NCBI RefSeq assembly: GCF_009914755.1
Contig: NC_060928.1
Reading direction: 5' to 3' (one strand)
DNA from: the human T2T-CHM13v2.0 reference genome, Homo sapiens
DNA length: 64,000 nucleotides
The notes beneath the pieces are model-generated. The model worked only from the letters and a program-made list of their open reading frames with translations. It was not told the DNA's origin and ran no database searches. Numbering within the stretch: the stretch's first letter is position 1; each line of letters starts with the position of its first letter. Position numbers and translations under genes: made by a program. Of this stretch, positions 51,381-64,000 are shown in pieces.

Positions 51381-52773
51381 TTTGGCAACTCACCAAGCAA
51401 TTCCTAGAGATTTTTTAGTCTGAGCATTTCTCTCCTGGGTGTCTGACATCTATTGCTAACTTCACGGTATCATTCTGACTCGTATTGCCATCTTCAGTTC
51501 CTTTCTATAATTGAATACTTGCTAAAATATATCTTGGTGGAAGCTTCTGTTGTTTTCCTCTTAGACATAAACATAGCATCTAGCACTTTACTTCAGAATC
51601 TTCATGTAAAAATAGTCATTAAATTGAAAACAAGAAAAGACACTCCCCAATGTATCCTTCTTCCCTAACTGGTCAAGGATCCTATTAAATGTCAGGATTA
51701 TCATTTCAGTGAGGGAAAGAAGAAAGAAGGGTCAAAGTCAGAATAATAAGCTCATCCTCTGATGATCTTTCTTTTATTATTATAGTTTAAATTTAAATCT
51801 GAATCTGAAAGAGAAACCTCAGACAAACTCATACCTATAAGATATATGCCCATGAAGTTACATTCAATGTAACATGGTAGAGGGGTCTGTGTGGATGAAG
51901 GAGAGGCAGTCCCATCTCTTTATCTCTTGGCCATGTTGGCAAGGGTTATGAGGTTAATTCTGTTTGATTTGCACAGAATGCCAGAGCCACCTGCCATCTC
52001 CTACTACAACCTGGGGAAATTCTAAAGTAAGTGTTCATCACTGCCCAGATATTGTAGAGAAATTCTGATACCTGAAGAAAAAACAAGATATATTTAACAC
52101 ACAAAATGTTAAAATAATTTAGGGGAATAAAATGGCATTTACTTTCAGACCCAGAGTTCATTATTTTTAATACTCTTTTTAAATTGAACTTTAAGCAATA
52201 TAGTTCAGTATGGAAACAGTGCTTTATTTAGGAAAATGTCAGTTCTACTTTATTCCTTCATAGATAGATAATGTTAAAGTTTAATATGTATATATCAAAC
52301 CCATTGCTAAGGATTTCCAATCAACCTGAGCCTTAGTATATACAGCAAAATGATGTCGGTTGCTATGAAAATATTCTGAGAAACAATGACAATGACAGTT
52401 AGCATTCTAATGTTGGGATTCAATGTCAACAACTTCAGGGACCAGATTAAACATTAATAATTGATTTCTATCATGAAGGACAGGGAAAACGGCTTCACCT
52501 GAAAGTCATTTAAAATTTACTCTCATAGTGCATGTGCTCTGAGGAAATGTGTATGCCAATCTTTCAATAAAACCTAAAAGATCTTCCTCCTCTTTTTCTC
52601 TTTCTCCTCTACATCTGTCAATTTCTTTCTCTTTCTTGTTTTCTCTCTCTCATTATATCTCTCAAAATATTTTTTAGTTACAGCTTATATGATGGAACAC
52701 AAAATGTGAAAGTACTCTTCTATCATATTTTAGTAGTTACATACAGAATGTCACACATGCATAGCATCACGAT

Positions 52774-52774
<1 letters not shown>

Positions 52775-52812
<38 letters not shown>
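52775..52812. repeat. (TG)n microsatellite
   Basis: Read directly. Confidence 0.95.
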
Positions 52813-52814
<2 letters not shown>

Positions 52815-52944
52815 TTATCTTAAGATAAATTTAAGGAGCCCTTAGCAAAAGTGTTCATTCATTTTGTTTTAATTAGAAGATTAATTTCATTAATTTAAAT
52901 GGTGTATGTGAAACTGAAGGTGCCAGCTTTGGTCCCACTATAGA

Positions 52945-53185
52945 GAGGCAGTGATGCTCACAAAATAAGCACTCAGTCACTTCAGACAGTTAAGACTTGG
53001 CTCTTCCATTTGCTAAGTATATGAACTTGGACACTTAATCACTGTGCCTCAATTGTCTCATCAGATAAAGTAGAAATAATCAGCACCTACCTCCTAAGCT
53101 TGTTTTCAGGATTAAATAAGTTAAATACGCAAAGCACTTGGGACAATCCCTAGAACACACTAGGATTTACATAAATATTTATTCT
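52945..53185 (+). mobile_element. MIR SINE
   Basis: CACTTAATCACTGTGCCTCAATTGTCTCATC...CACCTACCTC...AGGATTAAAT core. Confidence 0.65.
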
Positions 53186-53375
53186 TTTTCTTCTTATAAC
53201 TACTGCTGCTGTTGGTACTACTGCATGAGCACCAGACAGCTTCAGGGGAATGCTAGTAGCACCCAATAGCAACGTAAGGCAAAATAGAGTGGAAATTAAA
53301 GTTCCAGGGAAGAAATCAGTAATAAGAAATTACCCAAGAAAATATGAATAATTCAGTCCAGTTTCAGGATATAGA

Positions 53376-53502
53376 ACTAATGGAAAGAGGGAGAAAGATT
53401 AAGAAATTTCCAAAATGTGAATTCCAGACAAATAAAATAATAATCTTATAGCAGGACCATACTAAGAGTTGTGTCTATAAATAAGTTCAGTGAGGACAGA
53501 AC
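53376..53502 (+). repeat. 127-bp direct repeat, copy 2 (probable donor)
   Basis: Matches 51001-51127. Confidence 0.95.
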
Positions 53503-54752
53503 CACCTAGCTACCAGTACCATGAAATAAATAGAGAACATGACCCTGACAAATAGGCTCTCGTCAGCTGTCTCTGGTAATAATGGCAATGGGAACAGGGA
53601 ATGCACATTCTTCTGGATTGAGACAAAAGGGTCTGTTATGCAGGCTCTGTAGGCAGCCTGATTTTTCCTCGGAGGGATTTAATGGTAGAGAAGAACACAA
53701 CCTGCAGACTTCACTTTGCCCCCTTGGTTCTTCATTTGTTCTGGGCCATGGTTAAGAAGCTGAATTTCCTTGGACTTTCCTTTTGAAAATTTAGGGTGAA
53801 ATTAACATAAGAAGCTACTGACAGAAGGAAAGGAGGCCAGCATAAATTGGAAATAATCAGTAAACTGTTTTCTGAGATGACTTTGGACGAAGGTAAGAAG
53901 AACCCATTCGATTCCTCTGTCTCATGTTGTTTGTAGAAAAAGGTACATTTAAAAGACATTTCTATTACTGAACAAAGGGAAAACTTAAAGTAGAATCTGC
54001 TTCAATAATCAATTTTCAAAACTACATATTTAAGGAGGAAAAAAAGGCTAGAAGCACATCATGTCATGCTTAAGAGAGTTTTCCCTGTTCTATATTAATA
54101 TTTTGATTCAGAGAGTTGGTGGGCAGTGGACAGTGGGCATTGTCACTGGTGACTCAAAAGGCAGAATGCAGGAAGAAGGTGATGGCTTTGCTATCTGATG
54201 CTAAAGAATAAAATTTTAACGGTAAAAATACCCAGCAAATAATAAGTCCTACTCTGTGCTCCACCATTACCTGTATCTAGATAAAGGCATTTCCTTGCAT
54301 ACAGATATTTCGGTTTGCATTACAACATTTGGGACCACTGCTCCATACCATGAGTATTGTTTTATTTCCATAAAATCTTTATGTCAACATGACCAGTGAG
54401 TAGAGGTAGTGTGATTGGTCCAGACCCCAGACTTCTTAGGGGTTGTACTTTCATCTTGTCTTCTCTTTTCTCTCCTCATTTCCTCCATCACTCCTTCCCC
54501 TTCGCCTCCTTTCCCCTTTTCCTCTCTTCTCTGAGTTACTTCCCCTCTCTCTGAAAACTGCTTGGTGCCTCTTTCCAGAGAGGGCATTGTTACTGGACTT
54601 TTCTGTACTTTTGTCCCCTCATCTATAAAATGGAACCAAGAATCATCTCTAGGTTATTGTAGGGATCCAACAGGACACTCTATATTAATGGACTTAGCAA
54701 AAAAATTGACATGTGGTAAGTGTTCTAAAAATGGAGAAGTAACAATGATACT

Positions 54753-55221
54753 TGTCAAAGAAAAATTGTAACCAGAGAGAGTTAAATGGACAAGAAAGAC
54801 TTTATTTAAGACTACCTTAGTGGTAGAGACAGGTCTAACTCAATGCCACTGAATCAAAAGGAGAGAGGAGGGAGCAGGGAGTGGGAGATCAAGGTGATTA
54901 GCATGGATGTTTGCTAATAGGCACTTATTGAAGTTAAGCTTCTAACCTCCCATGGAGACTGAGAGATGGGAGTGCTGTCTCATTTGATGATTACATTCCA
55001 AATGAATACTCTCAGGTTCTCAAGAAAGAGATTCCTAGGTGGTAAAACTGGCAGAGGCAGAGAGAACATCTATGCCTCAAAGATGCAGAGAAAGAAATTA
55101 CAGTGGAAAGTTTTCTAAAGTAAATGCTCTAAGAAAAGGGAGTCAGGAGCCTACAGTCAGGAAGAAGTTTGTCTCAGATTGAGTCAAGCTGAATGGAACG
55201 TTAAGGCCATCTTAGTCATCA
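54753..55221 (-). mobile_element. ERV1 solo LTR (MER31-like)
   Basis: Minus strand GGCCTTAACGTTCC..CAGCTTGACT...CCCTTTTCTTAGAGCATTTACTTTAGAAAAC; family name from recall. Confidence 0.6.
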
Positions 55222-56360
55222 TGTTTAAGATGAAAGTTAAAGTAACTGCAATGCACATGGACTGTGGGGACAATGAGTTAACGGCCAAATGATTTGTATT
55301 TCATATTCATTTTCTCTTAGATAAAAATAGTGTCATTCGAGCACAGTGGCAGAGAATCCCTAAGGTCCAGCTGTGAGCACTGGTGGAATATTAATTACAT
55401 AGGTTGAAAGACTCTTCAATAAATCAGATTTCTGTTCTTTGAACTTTCTAAATTTAGAGATTTAATATCAGCATCAGCAAAAGGGCATATATATTATGGG
55501 AATTGAGAAATAATGTATAACTCATTAGTGTCTAATACCTGGGTTAAAATATTTGTACGTTGAAATATAAATCCTCTTTATTCACCTCCAAGTTCATGTG
55601 TGAATGTGTTATTAGGGTACCTTCAATATGAATCCTACGTGTACAGCCTCAGGCCCCCATGGAGGAGAAGAATATCAAAATAACTACTCATTATTCAGAA
55701 AGGTTGACAAAATTTAAGTCTGAAAATGGTTCCTCTTTTTACTCTGTAAAATCCCCCTTCTTGAAGTGTGTTGAAGCTGAAGTTTATTCTAATTATAGGT
55801 AGGAAAGGCCACCCATTTTCAGCAACTAGATTAAGGAATACATGTAGATGAATTGGATATGCTGGCAAAATCAGATATGAAAATGCAAATGACCTGGCAA
55901 TTAGGTATTTAAGTCAAAGAAAAATATGCAAATGACCTACTTTTTACACTAGAAATTTTTGTTAAAGTTCTGCTTTTGAATTTAGGAATCTGTTCAGTAT
56001 TTCTTTCATGTTTAAGATGTGGAAGAGTCTTGTACTTCCTGGTAATTATATTCATTATAATTGTTATTAAAATTTACTAAACAATAACATAATAATGGAA
56101 AACAACTGGTATGGAGAATAAGCAAGGCTGGATTCATAAACAACTTCATCCTTTTAGTGTGTGATTTTTGACAAATCTATGAATCCTTTTCCTGTAAAAT
56201 AAGAATAATGATACTTTGTCTACTATTATCACAGAAATCCTTCTCAGGGGAGTTAATAGAGGTGTATTACATTTGAAAATGGTGTTTAATTTTCAAAATA
56301 CTGAGAACTTTTTACTAAGTTCATTAATTATTAGGTGCCATGTGAAACACAATCGAACTA

Positions 56361-56992
56361 CAGTAAGTTCTCACTTACTGGATAGGTTCCTGGAAATGGA
56401 CTTCAAGAAAAATCACATATAAGAAGACCAGTTTTCACCATAGACTGATATAAACAAAAGCTAAGCTCCTATAGGATGTTTCTGGTCACAAAAATATCAT
56501 CAAACTTCTAAATAACGACAAAACACTTCTTATATTCAACAGCGAAATAAATATGACATTACATACATTTAAGAAAGGTTGATAAAAAAAAAACAGGTAA
56601 GATAATAATTTACCCTCTTATTGCAGTTCAGGGTCGAGGGTGACCAGAGTCTCTCTTGGCAACTTGGGGTGCAAGGTGAGGACCAGCCCTGGACAGGACA
56701 CCATCCCATCGCAGGGCAACTCACAGCCCGCTCCCCGCCACAACCCCACCAATCCCCCACCAACACGCACACACGCACACAGTCAGACAAGGACAATGTA
56801 GAAATGCCAATAAACCTGACAGGCACAGCTTTGGCATATGGAAGGACGCTGGACTACTCAGAGAAAACCCATGCAGATAAGGGGAGAACGTGCCATCTCC
56901 ACACAGACAATGGATGCAGTAATAATCCTTTTTTTTTCTCATTAATATAACTAAACAAGGTTGAAAGAAAGGTTGTTGTTTGAGGACCTGCG
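56361..56992 (-). mobile_element. MER6A-like Tigger/mariner non-autonomous DNA transposon
   Basis: TA|CAGTAAGTTCTCACTTA at one end, TTTGAGGACCTGCG at the other, characteristic GC-richer internal segment. Confidence 0.75.
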
Positions 56993-59161
56993 ATCTACGT
57001 ATCACTAGTCTTGATTTTTCTGTGAAACTATATTATAGGTGAAATCCAGGGTCCATCTTCGTGAGACAGACTTCAACCCCAGTTCTAACCTGGAGGGCAA
57101 TTGAAAGTCCTATCTAAGACTTCTAGATGGATGGAGGGGTTACATTCTCAAGGTCACCTTTGCTTGTACGCTTGTACTTCTGCCTGTGCTGTCTCTGTTC
57201 CTCACTGAGCATTCCTGATGTTAAACTAACCCTCCTTTTATAGTTTCCACAAAAAAGATGACAAAAACAAAGAAACAAGCACAAAAAGCATTTTTATAGG
57301 GTTTACAGATTTCAATTCTTACAATTTAAATGGCATATTAGACATTTTAATTTTTTAATTGCCATGTTAGCTATGCTTCCATGGAGCTTTCTTACTGACT
57401 TTTATTGCCTACACTGAAGCATCTGATCATCTTGCTGCAGTTTGCTCTTCTTTTATCTGTTCTCGTCTTTCAGAAGCCAGCAACAATATTGAGAAACAAA
57501 GACAAAATAATTCTTTTTCTCATATACGGAAACTTAAATTTTCTTTTTATTGATTTGGCTGTAGTTCATACACAGGCCTTATGATCACACACTGTATTCT
57601 GGTAGATCATTCTGTTTATCAAATAGCACTGGGCTTTTTCCAGAAAGAACTCTGGTGCCAATTATGACAATTAAAATACTATTTCATCTTGCTACCTAAG
57701 GAAGAATTGTTATACTTAAGACAATTTGTTAATAAACTTACTGTTTTCCTATAATAAGGATAGTGGACTATAGCATCATTTTGAATAGTTTTAGCTTGAT
57801 CAAGAGCTTAGAACTCTCTTGATGTCCAGCATGCAATGGCATTCTTGGGGTCAATTCTGAATAATATGTGTGGGTTGTTTATATAGCAATGTAAGTCAAT
57901 GGTTTGTAGATGGCTTTCTTGATAGAGCTGGAGATCTATTCGATAGAAATTTTTTTGTAGAAGCAATTGTAAAATGACTTATTAAGTTACATATAAGACT
58001 CTATTCTCAGGACTACATTCATGGCCACCACTGAGTAAGGATTCAGTAAAAACAGGTCAAATGATGTTGCAATGAACAAACAAGGTAAAAAGTGAGGTGC
58101 AGAAACAGAAACAGAGTTTTATCAGTAACTATATGTCAGTGCCTTGCTCTGGGAATTTTGACCTTCTATTTCTCTACTAATCTTGCCTGTTTCTCATTTT
58201 GCAGGTATTTCTTATTGTAATTTTTGTGTCCTCCTAAATTCCCCATTCATTTAATCCCTTTCTATCATTCTCTTTTTCTTGCTGTTTTTTTCATGTTTTC
58301 ATTTGTGAAACAAACATTAGAAATGTTGGTTCAATCACCTGGAGTAATAAAAGGACCTTTTTGAACCCAGATAAATCATTTGAGGGCCTCTATTAGACAT
58401 GTGTCTTGATATTCAGTCTCAATAACCACAGACATTATGAACATGTGCAGGAGGAACGGGAAGTACTGCTGTGTGGAAGGGTACGAGTGGCCTGTGAATC
58501 TACCTCACTCTGTCTTTTTGCTGAAATAGCTCTTAACTGCAGATTCAGCATGAAAATATGCCAATTCTAATAGGCCTTCATTAAAATTTTTAGCTAACAT
58601 AGTCAGAATATTTGTTTTCGATGGAGTCATAATGAGAGCAAAGCAGGTAGGGCTACTAAGAATCAAATATTTTCAGATGAAAAGAAAAAGGGCCCATGAA
58701 ACAAAAACATCTAATAGCTCATCATTCTGATTTTTGACAGCATAAACACATGTTCAATGTAATTACCAAGAAATGAAATGGACCATTATGCAATGACACC
58801 ATATATTTGGAGGAGAAATTATTCATGTTGGTTTTTATGGTAATGATCTTCACAAATTGTTTTTTGTGACGGTTATCTCTGGTCCAACAATTTTGTTGAT
58901 GATCAGAGATGATCCAGATATACCACGTCAAGGCGATTAATCCTGTACCAGGATCTTTTCTGTAATTATTGATCTTGATCTTGAATTAGAGATGTCTGTA
59001 TAGAATTTGTGTTTGCTGGTGAAGGGTTTTGTAAGAAAGTCTTTGTAGGTGATAAGGGGTAGTTGGTGGGGAGAAGGAGTTATTATTAGCTCAGACAGCT
59101 GGGAGGTGGGTTTCAAAAGAGTATAATGAAAGCCCTCTATGGTTTTTTTAATCAACTAGAC

Positions 59162-59257
59162 AATTTTTCAAAAAAGCACAGATTTCAAGTCTCCTATCTT
59201 TTGGTTAGACCATGTGTTGTACTTTTGGTTTGGAGAATGTGATTACTATGCACAGAG
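59162..59257 (+). repeat. 96-bp direct repeat, copy 1 (copy 2 at 61177-61272)
   Basis: Visual alignment gives four mismatches, all T here and C in copy 2. Confidence 0.93.
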
Positions 59258-59979
59258 AGAGAAGAAGAATTCCCTGGGTTTGAAAATATTATAGCCGTAA
59301 TATAAATATATTTCTATTGCAGTCCGTTATGCAAATACATATCAGGATCCCAAATAGCAAATTGGAAAAGAGTTAAAAGTGTGCCCCAGATAGTGAAAAA
59401 TTGTGTGTAAGTAATTAAGTTTTTTACAGCTGCTATTTAAATTTGCAGCAAACATCTCTTGACACCTCAAATCCATGTGGACGATTGAATTTGTACAAAT
59501 ATGTGTTATTTTTCTAGCAGTTTTTTTTTTTTACCTAAATAAAGTTAATAAGACTAATGCTAAAAATTTGATTTAGATTTTGGTAGAATAACTATCTGGG
59601 GTTTTACTTAAAAGAGATCCTTAAAGGTATCAAAATGAAGATTTATAAAACTAGGTTGAAAAATCCAAATAACAATGATTAACGTTTTCAGCTAATTACT
59701 TTGCAAAATATAATTAAATAAATTATTTTATGGATCACTAATTATGCTCTATTATAATAATTGAAAGGTTGCATATTTTGCTTGTTCTAAACAAGATTTG
59801 AACCCAGGATTCATGTATATGGCACCGGGCACATTGCCTAGATTTTCTATGTCCCAGTTACCTCAAGTATAAAGTAGAAATTAATAATAATATTTACTTT
59901 TAGTGTCTTTGTGAGGGAAAGTCTAATACATAGCATGCCCTTACACAACTACTTTTTGAAGCAATTGAGAAATAAGACA

Positions 59980-60275
59980 GGCGGGCCTATAGTCCCAGCA
60001 TATTGGGAGGCTGAGGCTGGCAGATAGTTTGAGCCCAGGAATTAGATATTAGCCTAGGCAATGTAATGAAACCCTGTCTGTACAAAAAGTACAAAAAATA
60101 AGTTGGGTATGATGGTGTGTGCCTGTGGTCCCAGCTACCAGGGAGGCTGAAGTAGGAAGATCGCTGGAGCCTAAGAGTCAGGAGTTGCAGTGAGCCGAGA
60201 TCGCACCACTACACTCCAGTCTGGGAAATAGAGGGAGAACCTGCTTCAAAAAAAAAAAAAAAAGAGAGAGAGAGA
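59980..60275 (+). mobile_element. AluJ-like SINE with A/(GA)n tail
   Basis: Dimeric Alu with perfect 13-bp TSD GAGAAATAAGACA. Confidence 0.9.
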
Positions 60276-61176
60276 GAGAAATAAGACAAAAGAGTCAGCA
60301 GAGAACCCAAATATTATAGTGTCAGCAGGAAGAGGCAGTTTAGGATGGGAACCAGATCAGAATTGTTCCTGTCTGTCCACCTAGGCTAGATCTTGGAACA
60401 GGGTATGCCTTGGGAGAGTGGGAAAGGCAGGGAATTAAATCTGCAGAAAAGTATCACTTTCATAAATTGCTTCAGTTTACTGATTCCTAAAAAGGTAAAA
60501 CATCAGAAGTCAAATACTTTGTTCAGAAATTTTGAAAGATGTACTCCATCTGTTTGAATACATGGATTAGTGGCTGTAGCCTAATGACCGGGTAATTCAC
60601 TGTACTTCTCGGGAAAGAGTAAAGGGTCAAGAAGATAGACATGTTTCATAAAACTGCCTCTTCACAGATGTTCCCTACTAACATTCCCTACCTTTTTATC
60701 TTCCCAGCCCATTGAAACTAACTTTTCAGGTTATGCTGATGCAGGAGTATGGCTAGTTTCTTAAGGAGGTTACTATCTTCATGAGGTCACTCCCCCAATC
60801 CCAACCACTCTCCTACAAGTATTCTTCTAGGATTACTGGTGGGCCATGTAGATTTTGCCCACACACACTCTGGAATGAATCAGAACAAAGCATTAATTAT
60901 ATCCACTCTTATCCCAAAGTATGTAAAAACTTTTTTTTTCCCATGCAATAACATAAAATGAAAACATTGATGAATAATAAATTATATGTAGAATTGCATT
61001 AATGTATAGTAAATTCCATATGGATTCTTCAGCACTAAAGTTCCAACAGTACAGAGAAGCCCCAGATTTAAATATAAATCCTATCCTTGATGAAATCCTT
61101 TCCTAGCCTATGATCAAACTCTCAAGCTGAACTTAAGTCCAAAAATTAAATGCCTGGATTTGGGCTGAATTTTCTG

Positions 61177-61272
61177 AATTTTTCAAAAAAGCACAGATTT
61201 CAAGTCTCCCATCTTTTGGTTAGACCATGTGTTGTACCTCTGGTTTGGAGAATGTGATCACTATGCACAGAG
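61177..61272 (+). repeat. 96-bp direct repeat, copy 2
   Basis: Matches 59162-59257. Confidence 0.93.
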
Positions 61273-62299
61273 GCTCAGTAGGCATTTGTAGTTTCATGCC
61301 CCCAACTAGATCTCATTTTCTGTGAGCTGTCTGGGACCTACCTCTGGTAGGGACTTTTGGTGTTTGAATAATTCGGGTAAGAGCAGTTTCGGAGTGTTTT
61401 ACACACCTCTCCTTTCCCACTAGTGTAAACTTACCAAGACAAATACGAGGAGTGAAAGGAGGATCAGAAATACAATGTCAAGGTTAATCCTAGAGCAGTC
61501 AGGCCCCAGGCCATGGTAAGACCTCTCTTTCCTTTCTTAAACTGTGATGCCTGTGTGGCTGTGCCCTAACCAGTCAGCTGAAATACTTGTAACTGAAATA
61601 ACATTGTGTAAAGTATCACAGATTAGCCAAAAATTAAATATGTGAGTCTATGAATTTTGGGTTGTTTCTAACATGCAGAGAGTGATGCACTGCAGGCATT
61701 TTGAAAACTTAATGTTTGTTAAGCATGTTTTCTTGCTTTTTAGAATTCGGACTTGGAGGATTTCTACCTTTAAATTTCTAGCTTTATTCCAACTCATTTT
61801 GTCTGTTTGATGAATTATTTTTAAAAACAACATATTAAATATTAAAATGGCATAGAATTATTTATGTAAATGCTAAACTTTCATGTGATCTTACACAACT
61901 ATTAAAAATACTGTAAAAAGAAGAAAATGTAAAAGTGCTGTAAAAAGCTTTCGTAAATGTGTATTTCTGACTTGATGTTTGTAACATACAGATAAGTGAG
62001 GAAAGCATGTTATCTTATAATATGAAGAATTTGAATTCTCTGAAAAGTATCACATATACATGCCTGTATTATTCACGAATGAGAGCTGGCAAGTATCATA
62101 TCTGTAGAAAAATATCTGGAAAAATATATCTCAAGCTATTAACAATGATTGGTTTGGTGGATGGAATTTTGTACATGTATGTTTTCCTCCTGGTTTTACT
62201 GTAATGCTTCCATTATGAGGAAAAATAATAAAAGATACAACGAAATAAATAAATAGAGCTATTTCTTTGTGGGACCAGGAATGCCAGATCTTCTGAATT

Positions 62300-62418
62300 T
62301 TATTTATTATTATTTTTTAAACTTCTATTTTAGGTTCAGGGGTACATGTGCAGGTTTGTTATACAGGTGAACTGCCTGTCATGAGAGTTTGGTGTACAGA
62401 TAATTTTGTCACCCATAT
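62300..62418 (-). mobile_element. Short L1PA 3'-end fragment
   Basis: TTTTAGGTTCAGGGGTACATGTGCAGGTTTGTTAT...TTTTGTCACCCA. Confidence 0.8.
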
Positions 62419-62426
62419 TTTCAGCT

Positions 62427-63159
<733 letters not shown>

Positions 63160-63808
63160 CAGCTTAAAGATACTTTCTTGCTTAACTAGTTTATATTTTC
63201 TATGAAGAAATGATAGACATTATCAGAAGAAATGATGATAGACATTATCAGACAACTATGACCACACCATTTGTTTTGCAATCATTTCATGAATTTTGAG
63301 CCCATGATTTTATAACCACTTAGGGCCACAGAAAATTTCTAATATGATGAAAGTTCATGTACAATTTTTGTTATTTGAGATGAAGAGTGTGAAATATATG
63401 TGATATATATTATATATGTTATGTTATATAATATGTATGTGTATATATAGTTCTAAAATTAATTATGCAGTTTCCCAAAAAAATTTAAGAAAAATCCCCC
63501 CTCCAATAAAACCTTGCTTAGAGGCAATTTGAAGTTCGTCATGATTTATCTCAATTTTCATGATATCCCTATATCTTCCATATGCAAATGATCAGTCTCT
63601 AGGTGTAATTATTTTTGACAATTTGATTGCTTCAAGGAATTTTTTTCTCAGCCATCTGCATCTACTACACTTTTTAAGAGTATTAAGAAAAAAGTAGAGT
63701 TATGATGGTGCATGAGATTCTTAAGCCCTGTGGACATCCGAACCACATTAGTACCAATCCTCCTGGTCTAATTGGTCTGTGCTGTTATTGTATCATCTGG
63801 CTCTCATG

Positions 63809-63841
63809 CTCTCTCTATATATCTCTTGCTCTGTCTCTCTG

Positions 63842-63877
<36 letters not shown>

Positions 63878-63897
63878 CCTCTGTGTGTGTGTGTGTG
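63809..63897. repeat. (TC)n(TG)n compound microsatellite
   Basis: Read directly. Confidence 0.9.
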
Positions 63898-64000
63898 TTT
63901 TGTTGAATAGCAGACTTTACAGCACCCCAGTCACCTTCCTTCACCCTATTCAGCCTTGTGACCCTCACATGTTTGTGAGATGTCTGGCTGCATATGGACA

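Noticed and set aside
58722-59155. Coding-like segment, possible pseudogene or numt
   Set aside because: Frames are short and interrupted, and I recognise no protein or mitochondrial motif; needs BLAST.
63205-63255. Short tandem duplications (also ~44923-44966 and ~18058-18090)
   Set aside because: Ordinary slippage duplications of 15-25 bp.

Overview
AT-rich, CpG-depleted primate (probably human) genomic DNA from a gene-poor intergenic or deep-intronic region. I recognise no host protein-coding gene, RNA gene, CpG island or prokaryotic system. Much of the window is interspersed repeat. An old L1M(B)-type LINE (~29-11195) is interrupted by an internally deleted HERV-L/MLT2A provirus, a two-LTR THE1/MST MaLR and three Alus. 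There are several solo LTRs with clean TSDs, a three-LTR nest at 34251-36054, a near-full-length L1PA (45051-50993), and Alus, MIR, L2, MER DNA transposons and microsatellites. The best non-routine signals: (1) the L1PA 3' end is replaced by a fold-back filler plus a 127-bp near-perfect copy of sequence 2.4 kb downstream, one of three short spaced duplications in the window; (2) an extended L1 antisense ORF0-like frame could splice in-frame to a 103-codon unique minus-strand frame; (3) an in-frame gag-dUTPase deletion junction in HERV-L; (4) several well-formed orphan exons. Repeat subfamily names come from recalled consensus sequences and need RepeatMasker/Dfam confirmation. No new biological system is demonstrated.
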